From assembly GCA_964566535.1 (NCBI GenBank), contig CAZMIO010000009.1:1-43338 (forward strand): a DNA stretch of 43,338 nucleotides, in the 5' to 3' direction. Origin of the DNA: an uncultured Methanosarcinales archaeon. GTDB taxonomy: Archaea; Nanobdellota; Nanobdellia; Woesearchaeales; CAZOXR01. A model generated the notes under the pieces. That model was not told where the DNA came from. It searched no databases and was given only the letters and a program-made list of their open reading frames with translations. The translations under genes were made by a program, and so were the position numbers. Below, in pieces: positions 1 to 10,228 of the stretch (positions are counted from its first letter, which is position 1; every line of letters starts with the position of its first letter).

Positions 1-438
1 AAGGGGGAGTTGGCTAGTAAGCCAGTTGTTTCTATAGTTCTTGAGGAAGCACCTAGGGTATTAGGTAAGGATGTGCTTGAGAATGGGCCTAATATCTTTT
101 CAACAATTGCTCGTGAGGGTAGGAAGTTTAAAGTTGGTTTAACTGCTATAACTCAATTGCCTTCTCTTATTCCTAGGCAGATTCTGGCTAATATGAATAC
201 TAAGATAATTTTAGGGATTGAGATGAAGCCTGAGAGACAGGCAATAATTGATTCTGCTTCTCAGGATTTGTCTGATGATGATAGAAATATTGCTTCGCTT
301 GATGTGGGGGAGGCGCTTATTACTTCTAATTTTTCTAGGTTTGCTATGCCTATTAGTATTCCTTTTTTTGAGGATGTTGTTCGGGAGAGTAAGAAGGGGG
401 AAGAGAGTGTTAAGAAGGATTTTTCGGGGATACAATGA
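1..438 (+). CDS. herA: HerA DNA translocase/helicase, C-terminal part (5'-truncated by window)
   Basis: Walker B-like IVLEEA, AREGRKF..GL..ITQ.PS motif typical of HerA/FtsK; frame open from base 1; overlaps mre11 start (ATGA). Confidence 0.88.
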   Translation, partial: KGELASKPVVSIVLEEAPRVLGKDVLENGPNIFSTIAREGRKFKVGLTAITQLPSLIPRQILANMNTKIILGIEMKPERQAIIDSASQDLSDDDRNIASLDVGEALITSNFSRFAMPISIPFFEDVVRESKKGEESVKKDFSGIQ

Positions 439-1646
439 AGTTTGCTCATCTTGCTGATTGTCATATTGGTTCGTGGCGTGATCCTAAGCTTAGGGATGCT
501 AGTACTCTTGCATTTGGGAAGGCTATTGACAAATGTGTTGAGGAGAATGTTGATTTTATTTTAGTTGCAGGTGATTTGTTTAATACTTCTTTGCCTTCTA
601 TTGATGGGTTGAAGATTGTTGTTTCTAAGCTTAAGGAAGTTAAGGATAAGGAGATTGGAGTATATATAGTTGCTGGGTCTCATGACTTTTCTCCGTCTGG
701 GAAAACGATGCTTGATGTTTTAGAGAATGCTGGACTTATTGTTAATGTTGCTAAAGGAGAGGTTGTGGAGGACAAGATTAAACTTAATTTTTCTGTTGAT
801 GCAAAGACAGGAGTTAAAATTACTGGGATGCTTGGGAAGAAAGGTGGGTTGGAGAAAGGTTATTATGAGAATTTGATGACTGAGGATATTGAGCAGGAGG
901 AAGGTTACAAGATATTTATGTTTCACTCACTTATTACTGAGTTGAAGCCTAAGAGTTTGGAGAAAGTTGATTCACATCCTATTTCTTTATTGCCTAAGAA
1001 GTTTAATTACTATGCTGGTGGGCATCCTCATTTTGTTCATAATGAAGTTCAGGAAGGTTACGGAAGGATTACTTATCCTGGGCCGTTGTTTCCTAATAAT
1101 TTTAAGGAGCTTGAGGAATTAGGGAATGGTGGATTTTATATTGTCGAGGATGAAAAGATTGAATGGCATCCAATACAGATCTACAATACATTTCCAATTA
1201 ATATTAGGGTTGAGCATAAAGTTCCTGAGCAGATTAGGGATGAAATTTTGGCTCAGATAAACAATAAAGAGTTTAATAATACAATTGTAACTATAAGAGT
1301 TTCTGGAGTACTTGAGTCTGGAAAGATTTCTGATATTAACTTTAAGGAAATTTTTAATCAGATTTATGATAAGTCTGCCTATTTTGTTATGAAGAATACT
1401 AATGCATTGACCACTAAAGAGTTTGAGGAGATTAAGGTTGATGCTGGTTCTGTAAAAGAGGTTGAGGAGAATTTGATTAAGGAACATTTAGGACAGGTTA
1501 AGGTTGAGGGGATGGATAATGCTAGAGAGGAAGGATTAATTAAAGATTTGATGCATAGTTTGAGTACTGAGAAGAAAGAAGGAGAGAGAGTAGTTGATTT
1601 TGAGAAGAGAGTTAAGTCTGAAATTTCTAAACTAGTTAATCTTTGA
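435..1646 (+). CDS. mre11: Mre11/SbcD DNA double-strand-break repair nuclease
   Basis: Phosphoesterase motifs [25 protein letters not shown]; follows herA. Confidence 0.9.
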   Translation: MKFAHLADCHIGSWRDPKLRDASTLAFGKAIDKCVEENVDFILVAGDLFNTSLPSIDGLKIVVSKLKEVKDKEIGVYIVAGSHDFSPSGKTMLDVLENAGLIVNVAKGEVVEDKIKLNFSVDAKTGVKITGMLGKKGGLEKGYYENLMTEDIEQEEGYKIFMFHSLITELKPKSLEKVDSHPISLLPKKFNYYAGGHPHFVHNEVQEGYGRITYPGPLFPNNFKELEELGNGGFYIVEDEKIEWHPIQIYNTFPINIRVEHKVPEQIRDEILAQINNKEFNNTIVTIRVSGVLESGKISDINFKEIFNQIYDKSAYFVMKNTNALTTKEFEEIKVDAGSVKEVEENLIKEHLGQVKVEGMDNAREEGLIKDLMHSLSTEKKEGERVVDFEKRVKSEISKLVNL

Positions 1647-3048
1647 GTTCTTTTTTAATTATTTCTTTTACTATGTCGGGTTTTGCTTTGCCTCTTGATT
1701 TTTGCATGACTTTTCCGACGATAAAGTTGAGTGCTTTTTCTTCTCCGTTTTTGTAGTCTTCTACTGCTTTGGGACATTCTTTAATTGCTTCCTTGCTGAA
1801 CTTTTCTATCTCTCCTTCGTCTGAGACCATTCCTAGGCCTTCTTTTGCTATGTATTCTTTAACGTCAAAAGGTTTTTCTATAAGCTTTTCAATTAATCTT
1901 TGACCTGTTTTTTCAGTAATTTCTTTTTTTTCTATAAGTTTTAGGAGGACTATTAGATTTTTTTCATCTAGTTTAATGTCGTTTAGTGTTTTTTTATTGT
2001 AGTTTAGTACTCGTGCTAGTTCTCTTCTTAGCCATTTGGCAGCCAGGACTGGGTCGATTTCAACTGCGACTCGTTCGAAAAGTTCTGCCATTTCTCTCTC
2101 TTGTCCAATTATTTCTGCATCTTCTTTTTTTATCTTATGGGTGTCTACGAATTTATCAATCTTTTTTTCTGCTAGTTCAGGTACATCTTTTTTTGTTTCT
2201 TCGATGAACTCTTTTGTCATCTCAATCTTTACTAAATCTGGATCTATTATGTAGCCATAATCTTCATCTGTTTCTTTTGTTCTTAATGAGAAAGTAACTC
2301 CGCGGTCTGAGTCCCACGCTCTTGTTTCTTGTACTAATCTTTTTGTTTTTACTTCTTGTCTTTGTCTCTCTAATTCGTAATTTAGTGCTCGTTCAATTTC
2401 TTTGAATCCAGTTACGTTTTTTACTTCTGCTCTTGTGTAGTTAGATTCTTTGATTGAGATATTTGCATCTGCTTTTATTATTCCATTGTCGATGTCAAAT
2501 ATTTTTAGATATTGTAATACTGTAATTAGTTGTTTCATGAAATCTCTTGCTTCTTCTGGTGATGTTAGTTCTGGTTCTGTAACTATTTCTAGCAATGGGT
2601 TTCCTGATCTATTGTAGTCTACAAGGACATATGGGCTTTTTTGCATTGAGTCTGGATGCACTAATGATGCAGGGTCTTCTTCCATGTGGATTCTTACTAA
2701 GTTTACTTCTTTTCCTGATTTTAGTTTTAGTTTTCCTTTTGTTGCTATTGGAATCTCATATTGAGTAATCTGATAGTTTTTACTCATGTCGGGATAGAAA
2801 TAAGATTTTCTTGAGAAGATTAACTCATCACTGATATTAGAATTAGTTGCTAAAGCCAGTTTTAGTGCATATTCAATTGCTTTTTTATTTAGGACTGGCT
2901 TTGAGCCAGGCATTCCCAAACAGACTTCACAAGTTCTTGTATTTGGCTTCTCACTGCCTGATGTTGGACAGCTACAGAATAGTTTGCTGTTCGTGTCGAG
3001 TTCGATATGAACTTCTAAGCCTATAACAATATCACTTGTGAATTTCAT
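1636..3048 (-). CDS. gatB: Asp-tRNA(Asn)/Glu-tRNA(Gln) amidotransferase subunit B
   Basis: IGLEVHIEL, RKSYFYPD..KNYQITQY, DYNRSG.PL.EIVTEP, C-terminal YqeY-like domain. Confidence 0.97.
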   Translation of the reverse strand: MKFTSDIVIGLEVHIELDTNSKLFCSCPTSGSEKPNTRTCEVCLGMPGSKPVLNKKAIEYALKLALATNSNISDELIFSRKSYFYPDMSKNYQITQYEIPIATKGKLKLKSGKEVNLVRIHMEEDPASLVHPDSMQKSPYVLVDYNRSGNPLLEIVTEPELTSPEEARDFMKQLITVLQYLKIFDIDNGIIKADANISIKESNYTRAEVKNVTGFKEIERALNYELERQRQEVKTKRLVQETRAWDSDRGVTFSLRTKETDEDYGYIIDPDLVKIEMTKEFIEETKKDVPELAEKKIDKFVDTHKIKKEDAEIIGQEREMAELFERVAVEIDPVLAAKWLRRELARVLNYNKKTLNDIKLDEKNLIVLLKLIEKKEITEKTGQRLIEKLIEKPFDVKEYIAKEGLGMVSDEGEIEKFSKEAIKECPKAVEDYKNGEEKALNFIVGKVMQKSRGKAKPDIVKEIIKKELKD

Positions 3049-3055
3049 AGTTTAT

Positions 3056-3232
3056 TTACTTTTTTTTCTTTTTGGATTTAGCTGCTTTTTTTGGAGCTTT
3101 CTTCTTTGACGTCCCTGCACATACTGAGCACATACCTGGTTTTGATGTTGACTCTGTTATTCCTTTTGGTTTTACAATCAAATTGTATCTAAAACCTTCT
3201 ATAGATTCGCCGCAGCCTTTACATGTTCTCAT
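3056..3232 (-). CDS. 58-aa zinc-finger microprotein with Lys/Ala-rich tail
   Basis: CKGC...CSVC then KKKAPKKAAKSKKKKK; SD GAGGTGA 5 nt before ATG at 3232 (ORF-track GTG lies inside the SD); sits between gatA and gatB. Confidence 0.7.
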   Translation of the reverse strand: MRTCKGCGESIEGFRYNLIVKPKGITESTSKPGMCSVCAGTSKKKAPKKAAKSKKKKK

Positions 3233-3269
3233 ACTATTCACCTCTTTTTTTAAACTTTACTTATATTAA

Positions 3270-4673
3270 CTACAGTGCAGATCCGATTTGTAATAACTTT
3301 CCTTCGTTTAAGTGATCTGCTGTGAGCATCATTCCAATTGGTAAATTGTTTTCGTGTCCAACTGGTATGTTGATGTGGGGGAGACCTGCTAAATTTGGGC
3401 CAACCGTTAATACGTCAATCATATAATTTTCAAGTAATGATAGTTGTTCTATATCTTTGAATTTTGGAGGTAATATTGGAACTGTTGGGCTGATTAATGC
3501 ATCATACTTTTTGAAAAGTTTTTTGTATTCTTCGATTATTAATGTTCTTATTTTTGTTGCTTTTATGTAGTAGGCGTCTCTGAAGCCAGCCATCCTTGCG
3601 AATGTTCCTAAGATGATTCTTCTTTTTGCTTCCTGTCCTAGATTTTTGCTTCTTACTTTTGTGAAATATTCGTTGAAGTTTCCTTCAAGTTGTTCGTGTT
3701 TTCCGTATCTCATTCCGCAGTATTTTGCTAAGTTGGTTGATGCTTCTGCAGTTGCAATGAGGTAGTATGCTGCTAATGAATGTTTCATCGTTATTGGCAA
3801 TGAAACTTCTTCATAGCTAATATTTTGATTCTCAAGTTGTTTAATACTGTCCCACACCTTGTTTTTAACTGAACTGTTCACTCCCTCTGCTAATGACTCT
3901 TTAATTACTCCTATTTTAATGTTTTTATTTTCTTTGTTTAAATAGCTTATAAAGCTTTCTACTTTGGTATTTAGTGAAGTTGATTCTTTTGGATCATGAC
4001 CTGAGATAATTTGTAGGGCTAGTGCTGCATCTTCAATGGTCCTTGTCATTGGACCTATTTTGTCTAGTGAGTTTGCATAATCTAATAATCCATATCTTGA
4101 AACACGGCCGTAAGTTGGGCACATGCCTACAACTCCGCAGAATGAGGCAGGATTTACTATTGAACCACCAGTTGATTCTCCTAGGCTTATATGTGGGAAG
4201 GTTGCTTTTTGTGTTATCCCTGCTGAGCCTCCTGAAGATCCTCCACAAGAACGTTCTTTGTCGAATGGGTTTAATGGAACTTTGAAATCAATTCCTACAT
4301 TTGTTGAGAATCCCCCAAAGCCAAATTCATCTTGGGAAGTTTTTCCTATTATTATTGCCCCCTCTGCCTTTAGTTTTTCAACTGCTGTTGCGTTAAATAA
4401 TGGTTTGTAGCCCTCTAGTATTTTTGAGCCTGCTCTTGATTCTACATCTTTTACGCAGATACAGTCTTTTATGGAGATTGGAAGTCCTGCTAGTTTTCCT
4501 TTTGGAGACTTCTTTAGTTGTTCTGCTTGTTCTAATGCTTGGTCCTCAGAAATTGTGTTTAGGTAGTTGTACTCTTTGTTTATCTTCTTTGTTTCTTCAA
4601 TAACTTTATGAGTATGTTCAACCACATCTATTTCTTTGTTTTGTACTTTTTTTATGAATTCTAAATTACTCAT
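3270..4673 (-). CDS. gatA: Asp-tRNA(Asn)/Glu-tRNA(Gln) amidotransferase subunit A
   Basis: Amidase signature ([23 protein letters not shown]), [22 protein letters not shown]. Confidence 0.96.
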   Translation of the reverse strand: MSNLEFIKKVQNKEIDVVEHTHKVIEETKKINKEYNYLNTISEDQALEQAEQLKKSPKGKLAGLPISIKDCICVKDVESRAGSKILEGYKPLFNATAVEKLKAEGAIIIGKTSQDEFGFGGFSTNVGIDFKVPLNPFDKERSCGGSSGGSAGITQKATFPHISLGESTGGSIVNPASFCGVVGMCPTYGRVSRYGLLDYANSLDKIGPMTRTIEDAALALQIISGHDPKESTSLNTKVESFISYLNKENKNIKIGVIKESLAEGVNSSVKNKVWDSIKQLENQNISYEEVSLPITMKHSLAAYYLIATAEASTNLAKYCGMRYGKHEQLEGNFNEYFTKVRSKNLGQEAKRRIILGTFARMAGFRDAYYIKATKIRTLIIEEYKKLFKKYDALISPTVPILPPKFKDIEQLSLLENYMIDVLTVGPNLAGLPHINIPVGHENNLPIGMMLTADHLNEGKLLQIGSAL

Positions 4674-5251
4674 TTTTTGATCTTGGCTGTTTTTATTAGT
4701 ATCGGTTCTAATGGTACGTCTTGCATTCCTTTTACTTCGCCTGTTTGAACTGCTTTTATTTTGTCTACTACCTCTATTCCACTTATTACTTTTGCGAATA
4801 CAGCATAACCATACCCTTGAGGAGTGGGGGCTGTGTGGTCAAGGAATGTGTTATCTACTACGTTTATGAAGAATTGGGATGTTGCTGAGTCTACAACTCC
4901 TGTTCTTGCCATTGCTAGTGTTCCTCTTTCATTCTTTAATCCGTTTGTTGCCTCATTCTTTATTGGGTCTTTTGTTTCTTTCTGGTTCATGTCTTTGTCA
5001 AAGCCTCCGCCTTGCACCATGAAGTTACTGATAACTCTATGGAATATTAAGTTGTCGTAATAACCTTCATTTACATAATCAATGAAGTTTTTTGTTGAGA
5101 TTGGAGCTTGTTCTTCGAATAGTTCAATTTCAATATTTCCTTCTGATGTTTCTAGAATTACGATTGTATTTTTAGTTTCCATGTTATCTCCTCCATTTGT
5201 ACAACCTACTAATAATGTTAATATAAGTAGTATTGGTATTAATGCTTTCAT
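4670..5251 (-). CDS. ppiA: Cyclophilin-type peptidyl-prolyl cis-trans isomerase with lipoprotein-like signal
   Basis: [40 protein letters not shown]-terminal hydrophobic stretch ending LLVGC. Confidence 0.93.
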   Translation of the reverse strand: MKALIPILLILTLLVGCTNGGDNMETKNTIVILETSEGNIEIELFEEQAPISTKNFIDYVNEGYYDNLIFHRVISNFMVQGGGFDKDMNQKETKDPIKNEATNGLKNERGTLAMARTGVVDSATSQFFINVVDNTFLDHTAPTPQGYGYAVFAKVISGIEVVDKIKAVQTGEVKGMQDVPLEPILIKTAKIKK

Positions 5252-5270
5252 TTTCTAACCACCTCTGTTT

Positions 5271-5555
5271 TTAAACTGCTTTTGGTCCTTTGAAGTAACC
5301 ATCTTTTTTATGTTCTGTTAATGATAGTGCTTGTTCTTGGGTTAGGCATTCGCCTGCTTTATCTTCTCTTGTTACGTTCTTTATTTCCACTGGTTGGAAA
5401 GATGATTTTACGTCTTTAGTGTCTATCCTGTCTAGTTTTGAGAATGATTCTAGTACTTCTTTAAGTTGAGGTAGAAATTCTTTTATTTCTTTTTCAGTAA
5501 GATCTAGCTTTGCAACATTAGCTACATGCTCGATAAGTTCTTTGTCTATTTTCAT
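5271..5555 (-). CDS. gatC: Amidotransferase subunit C
   Basis: IEHVANVAKL...RED...GYFKGPKAV pattern; upstream of gatA/gatB. Confidence 0.93.
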   Translation of the reverse strand: MKIDKELIEHVANVAKLDLTEKEIKEFLPQLKEVLESFSKLDRIDTKDVKSSFQPVEIKNVTREDKAGECLTQEQALSLTEHKKDGYFKGPKAV

Positions 5556-5589
5556 CTTGTTTTATAGGGATATTTGTCTTTTATATAGT

Positions 5590-6084
5590 TTACTGTCCTA
5601 AAACTTTCTCAAATTCAGTTACCATATCTTCGTCTTTGTCAATTAGAATAACTTCCTTTAGTGATTTAGGATTGTGGTTGACTAAGACTTCTATTATTGC
5701 TTTTGCCGCTTCATCTTTTGGCACTTCCCCTACACCAGTTCCCATTCCTGGCATTGCTATTTTTTTTAGATTATTTTCTTCTGCGCATTCTAGTGCTGCT
5801 TTTACTGCTTCTTTTATGTTATCTATTGTTGTTAGTGAGGCCGGTTGTTCCATGGTTGGTGCGTGGATGATATGTTTTGCTTTTAGTTTTCCTGCTGTTG
5901 TTATTACTGCGAATCCCATCATTATTGGAGCTTTGCTTGTTGCTTCTTTTTCTATCTCCATTCCGCCTTCTTTTTTTATTGCTCCTGCTACTCCACCACC
6001 CATATAACCATATGAATTTGCTGGATTTACAATTGCATCTACTTCTGCTTCAGTTATATCGTCTTCTTCAATTGAGATGTTCAT
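5590..6084 (-). CDS. Macro domain (ADP-ribose-binding/hydrolase) protein
   Basis: DIT..EVDAIVNPANS...GGGVAGAI, IIHAPT, IAMPGMGTGVG. Confidence 0.93.
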   Translation of the reverse strand: MNISIEEDDITEAEVDAIVNPANSYGYMGGGVAGAIKKEGGMEIEKEATSKAPIMMGFAVITTAGKLKAKHIIHAPTMEQPASLTTIDNIKEAVKAALECAEENNLKKIAMPGMGTGVGEVPKDEAAKAIIEVLVNHNPKSLKEVILIDKDEDMVTEFEKVLGQ

Positions 6085-6653
6085 CTTCTATTAGTTTGCC
6101 TCATCTTAGATATTAATCTTTCTAAAGTGTCTATCTTTTTCATCAGTTCTAGTTTTTCTCTATCTGTTTCTAGGAGCTTATTAGCGTGATTAGTTAATTC
6201 AAAATCTTCCTTTTTTATGTTTTTTCCGATTTCATTTAGGTTAGTTATGTTATTGTTTAATTCTGATGTTTGGTCAACTAACGATGCTAGTTTTTGTCTT
6301 GCATCGTCGTATTTTTGATGGTCTTCTTTTAGTTTTTCTAGGTTAATGTTTAGTTCGTTTTTTAATTCTGTTTCGAATTTTTCAACTAATTTTGTTTGTA
6401 GTTGTGATTTTAATAAGTTGAACTCGTAAACTTCTTTTTTTAGGTCTTCTTTTATGTTGTCAATAGAACCTAAACTTTCTTTTAGGTAATTTAATAGTTC
6501 AGTTTGAGATTCTTTTAAGGTACTGATTTGGTTCTTTAGGTTGTTTATTTCTTCTTTTAGTGGGGAAAGGGTTTTGGTGTGGTTGGCTGTAATTTCATTT
6601 ATCTGATGTATGTGGTCTTTTATTTGCAGAAGGTCTTTTATGTTTTGTAGCAT
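6081..6653 (-). CDS. Hypothetical coiled-coil protein
   Basis: 190-aa heptad-rich ORF, ATGA-coupled to macro gene. Confidence 0.75.
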   Translation of the reverse strand: MLQNIKDLLQIKDHIHQINEITANHTKTLSPLKEEINNLKNQISTLKESQTELLNYLKESLGSIDNIKEDLKKEVYEFNLLKSQLQTKLVEKFETELKNELNINLEKLKEDHQKYDDARQKLASLVDQTSELNNNITNLNEIGKNIKKEDFELTNHANKLLETDREKLELMKKIDTLERLISKMRQTNRR

Positions 6654-6654
6654 T

Positions 6655-7326
6655 TTATCTTAGTGATTGTGTTAGTTCGTCTAGTTTTCTTGCATAGGTT
6701 TCAGTTAATTCTTCTCTTCTTACTGGGTCGGTTTCTCCTCCCTGGATTAATCTTTGGGTGCTGACTAAGTATCCTAGGTCAGATTCATATTCTGGAGATG
6801 TTACTTTTGAAAATAGATTTAGTGCATCAGCAGCTTGACTTATTCTTGCTATTGCTTTAAGGTATTCTTGTTGGATTTCAAAGTCTGGAGATTTAGTTAA
6901 AAGACTTACCATAATGCCAAATGGTTCTGCTTGTGATTCTAGGGTAACTCCATTGGTTTGCATCGAATCTGGTTGAAGGTAGATTTCAGAAGATGCTCTT
7001 ATTATGCTCTCTCCCTCGCTGTGATTTAATGGGTAGTCATGAAGCGTTACTCTTGCCCTTGCTCCGTTTTTTTCTGAGTATGATGGGGAAATGTGCTTTA
7101 CGTTTAAACCATGACTCCTAAATAATGGTCTTAAGGCTGTAGTTAATAGTTTTCTTAATTGTTTTTGAACATCTTTATCTATAACAGTTATTGGTGGGTC
7201 ATCCCTCATAGGTTGTTCTTGGTTTAAATTTTGAAAATCATCTAAGAGTCCTTGATACCTTCTTATAGATCTATCATTTACCCTTAAGTAAGTGGAATCT
7301 TCTTGTTCGTCTAGTTCTAGTCTCAT
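6655..7326 (-). CDS. Hypothetical (orphan) protein
   Basis: 223-aa ORF tightly packed in operon; no recognisable motif. Confidence 0.7.
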   Translation of the reverse strand: MRLELDEQEDSTYLRVNDRSIRRYQGLLDDFQNLNQEQPMRDDPPITVIDKDVQKQLRKLLTTALRPLFRSHGLNVKHISPSYSEKNGARARVTLHDYPLNHSEGESIIRASSEIYLQPDSMQTNGVTLESQAEPFGIMVSLLTKSPDFEIQQEYLKAIARISQAADALNLFSKVTSPEYESDLGYLVSTQRLIQGGETDPVRREELTETYARKLDELTQSLR

Positions 7327-7329
7327 TTT

Positions 7330-7875
7330 TTATCTTAGTAAATGTCTTCTCAATTGCTCTGCTGCTCTTCTTCTGAAGTTTTTAAGTTCTTCAACGTTGC
7401 TCATCTGTCCGTAGGTTTGTTCAGAATCTTTTGGTATGAAGATGGGGTCATGACCGAATCCATAATCCCCTTTTATTTCTGTTGAGATTGTACCATTTTC
7501 TGTTCCTAGGAATGAGATTGGGCGTTTACTTGGCTCGCAAAAAGCAACTGCTGATTTGTACAGTGCAGTTCGGTCTTCAATGCCTTCCATAAGTTTTAGG
7601 ATCCCTTTTAATCCGATTCTTTTGTGGATGTATGCTGAAGAGGTTCCTGGAAAGTCTTTTAATGCAGTTATGAAGAGTCCTGAGTCTTCAACTACTACTG
7701 GCTTTTGGAATTTTTCTGCCATTTGTTTTGCTGCTAGTTTTGCTATTTCTTCTGGACTGTCTGATCTTAGTTCTAGGTAGTTGTAGTCTAATTGTTCGAC
7801 TTTTATCTCTGGCTCTAGAATTTGTTTGAATTCTTTTACTTTGTTTAGGTTTTTAGTTACGAAGGTTATTTTCAT
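7330..7875 (-). CDS. rdgB: Non-canonical purine NTP pyrophosphatase (Ham1/RdgB)
   Basis: VT.N..K..E, VEDSGL.I.AL..FPG..S, GFGHDPIF motifs. Confidence 0.93.
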   Translation of the reverse strand: MKITFVTKNLNKVKEFKQILEPEIKVEQLDYNYLELRSDSPEEIAKLAAKQMAEKFQKPVVVEDSGLFITALKDFPGTSSAYIHKRIGLKGILKLMEGIEDRTALYKSAVAFCEPSKRPISFLGTENGTISTEIKGDYGFGHDPIFIPKDSEQTYGQMSNVEELKNFRRRAAEQLRRHLLR

Positions 7876-7935
7876 GAGAAAGGGGAGGAATTAGTAGTTT
7901 AAAATTTTATCTATTCTATAGTCAAAATACAAGTC

Positions 7936-10170
7936 CTACTTTGAGAAGTCTGCTGATTTTGCTTGAGTGGCTTTTACTAAATCTTTTGCTTTCATCCTGA
8001 TTGATTTTGTATGTAATGCAGCATTGAAAGCTATGTGTTCATTTTTTAGAACTGAATTGTCTAGGTAAACTTCAATTTGGAATAGGTTGCCAAATGGCGG
8101 GACTGCTCCTATGCTTAAGCCTGAGAGTTCTTTTACTTCTTCTGCTGTTGCCAATTCTATCTTTTTTGTGTTCAGGACATCTTTTAGTTTGTGTAGATCA
8201 ATTTCTTTTGCTCCGGAAACACATGCTTGTACAAATCCTTTTTCTGTTTTGCAGATTAGTGCCTTGCAGCCTTGGTCTAGGGAAGTTCCGCGTACTTTTG
8301 CTGCTTCTTCTGAAGTGTAGACTGGTTTGTGCTCAATAATTTCGTATTCAATATTTGATTTGTTTAGTAAGTCTGTTATCTTTTCGAATATGACTTCTTT
8401 TTTTTGGGCTTTTACAAAATCTAATTTTACATGAAGTTCTTTTAATTGTTTTTCATCAACTTCTGAAGGGGAACCTTCCATCAGTGATTCTGCTGCTTTT
8501 GTCTTTGGGAATGCGATTACTTCTCTTATTGATTCGTTTCCAGTTAGGATTGCAATTAGTCTGTCAAGTCCGAATGCAATTCCGCCGTGAGGTGGAGCTC
8601 CGTATTTGAAAGCATCTAGTAAGAAGCCGAATTTTTGTTTTGCTTCTTGTTTACCGATTCCTAAGATCTTAAACATTTTTTCCTGGAGTTCTGCTTTATG
8701 GATTCTGATTGAGCCTCCGCCTAGCTCTACACCATTTAGCGTCATATCATATGCTTTTGCTCTTACATCTAATGGGTTTGAATCCAGAAGTTCTAAGTGT
8801 TCATCTTTTGGAGATGTAAATGGGTGGTGAATAGCTATGTGTCTTTGTGCATCTTCATCATATTCTACTAATGGGAAGTCGGTTACCCATAGGAAATTGA
8901 ATTTTGTTTTGTCAACAAGTTTTAGTCTTCTTGCTAATTCTAGTCTTAACTGGCCTAATGCAGTATCTACAACGAAATGTTTGTGGTCTCCTACGAAAAG
9001 AAGCAAGTCATCTTTCTCTGCTTTTGTTTTTTTGATTATTTTTTCTTGTAGGTCTTTATCGAAGAACTTTACAACTGATGATTCTAATTTATCTGTGTAT
9101 TTCATCCATGCTAATCCTTTTGCTTCGTAGATAGCTACAAAACTTGTTAGTTCATCAATATCTTTTCTTGAGAAGTATGCACAGCCTTTTGCATTTATAC
9201 ATCTTACTTTACCGCCCGACTTTACTGCATCTGCGAAAACTTTGAATTCTGAGTTTTTTACTATGTCGCTGACATCAATTAATTCTAGTTCGAATCTTGT
9301 ATCTGGTTTGTCAGTTCCATATCTTTCTATTGCCTCTTTGTGAGTTAATCTTGGGAATGGTGTTTTGATATGGGTGTTCATTATTTTTTCCCATATGTCT
9401 ACCATCAATCCTTCCATTACTGTGTAGATATCTTCTTCGTCTATGAAACTCATTTCAGCGTCTATTTGGGTGAATTCTGGTTGTCTGTCTGCTCTTAGGT
9501 CTTCATCTCTGAAACATTTTACAATTTGGATGTATCTGTCAAATCCTGAGACCATAAGTAATTGTTTGAATAACTGAGGTGATTGTGGAAGTGCGAAGAA
9601 TGTTCCTGGGTTTACTCTTGAAGGTACTAAGTAGTCTCTTGCTCCTTCTGGTGTTGATTTTGCAAGCATAGGTGTTTCGATTTCTATGAAATTGTGCTTG
9701 TCGAAATAATCTCTTACGACTTTTGCTGTTTTGTGCCTTATGATTAAGTTGTTTTGCATGCTTGGGTTTCTTAAGTCCAAGTAACGGTACTTTAATCTCA
9801 TATCTTCGTTTATTTCTACTCTGCCGTCGATTTCTATTGGAGGAGTTTCTGCTTTGTTAAGTATGATTAGTTTGTTTGTGAAAACTTCTATTTCTCCTGT
9901 TGGAAGTTTTTTGTTTTCCATGCCTTCTTTTCTTTTTTTTACGATTCCATGGACTTCTAGAACATCTTCTCTTCTTAGGTGTTCAGCTTCTTTGTGAACT
10001 TCTTCGTTGAACTCTGGGGAGAATGCTACTTGAGTAATTCCATATCTGTCTCTTAAGTCTATGAAGATAACTCCGCCATGGTCACGTCTAGTATCTACCC
10101 AACCATTTAGGGTGACTTTCTTATTCTCGTTTCTTAGCTTTAGCTCTCCGCATGTATGTGTTCGTTTCAT
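7936..10170 (-). CDS. aspS: Bacterial-type aspartate-tRNA(Asp/Asn) ligase with C-terminal YbaK/ProXp deacylase-like domain
   Basis: RTHTCGEL, RRDHGG..FIDLRD, STPEGARDYLVP, CFRDEDLRADRQPEFTQ, GAD insert, HHPFT, GAPPHGG.A.GLDR; extra ~155-aa tail with GCKALI and GAVPPFG. Confidence 0.96.
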   Translation of the reverse strand: MKRTHTCGELKLRNENKKVTLNGWVDTRRDHGGVIFIDLRDRYGITQVAFSPEFNEEVHKEAEHLRREDVLEVHGIVKKRKEGMENKKLPTGEIEVFTNKLIILNKAETPPIEIDGRVEINEDMRLKYRYLDLRNPSMQNNLIIRHKTAKVVRDYFDKHNFIEIETPMLAKSTPEGARDYLVPSRVNPGTFFALPQSPQLFKQLLMVSGFDRYIQIVKCFRDEDLRADRQPEFTQIDAEMSFIDEEDIYTVMEGLMVDIWEKIMNTHIKTPFPRLTHKEAIERYGTDKPDTRFELELIDVSDIVKNSEFKVFADAVKSGGKVRCINAKGCAYFSRKDIDELTSFVAIYEAKGLAWMKYTDKLESSVVKFFDKDLQEKIIKKTKAEKDDLLLFVGDHKHFVVDTALGQLRLELARRLKLVDKTKFNFLWVTDFPLVEYDEDAQRHIAIHHPFTSPKDEHLELLDSNPLDVRAKAYDMTLNGVELGGGSIRIHKAELQEKMFKILGIGKQEAKQKFGFLLDAFKYGAPPHGGIAFGLDRLIAILTGNESIREVIAFPKTKAAESLMEGSPSEVDEKQLKELHVKLDFVKAQKKEVIFEKITDLLNKSNIEYEIIEHKPVYTSEEAAKVRGTSLDQGCKALICKTEKGFVQACVSGAKEIDLHKLKDVLNTKKIELATAEEVKELSGLSIGAVPPFGNLFQIEVYLDNSVLKNEHIAFNAALHTKSIRMKAKDLVKATQAKSADFSK

Positions 10171-10228
10171 TGTTATAATATGGATAGTTGTAAAAGGATT
10201 TATAAATGTTATTGTAAATAGTAATTAT

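Noticed and set aside
10061..10228. N-terminal extension of the DUF192 ORF
   Set aside because: Overlaps aspS antisense and the shared TATA box; ATG at 10229 gives a proper signal peptide
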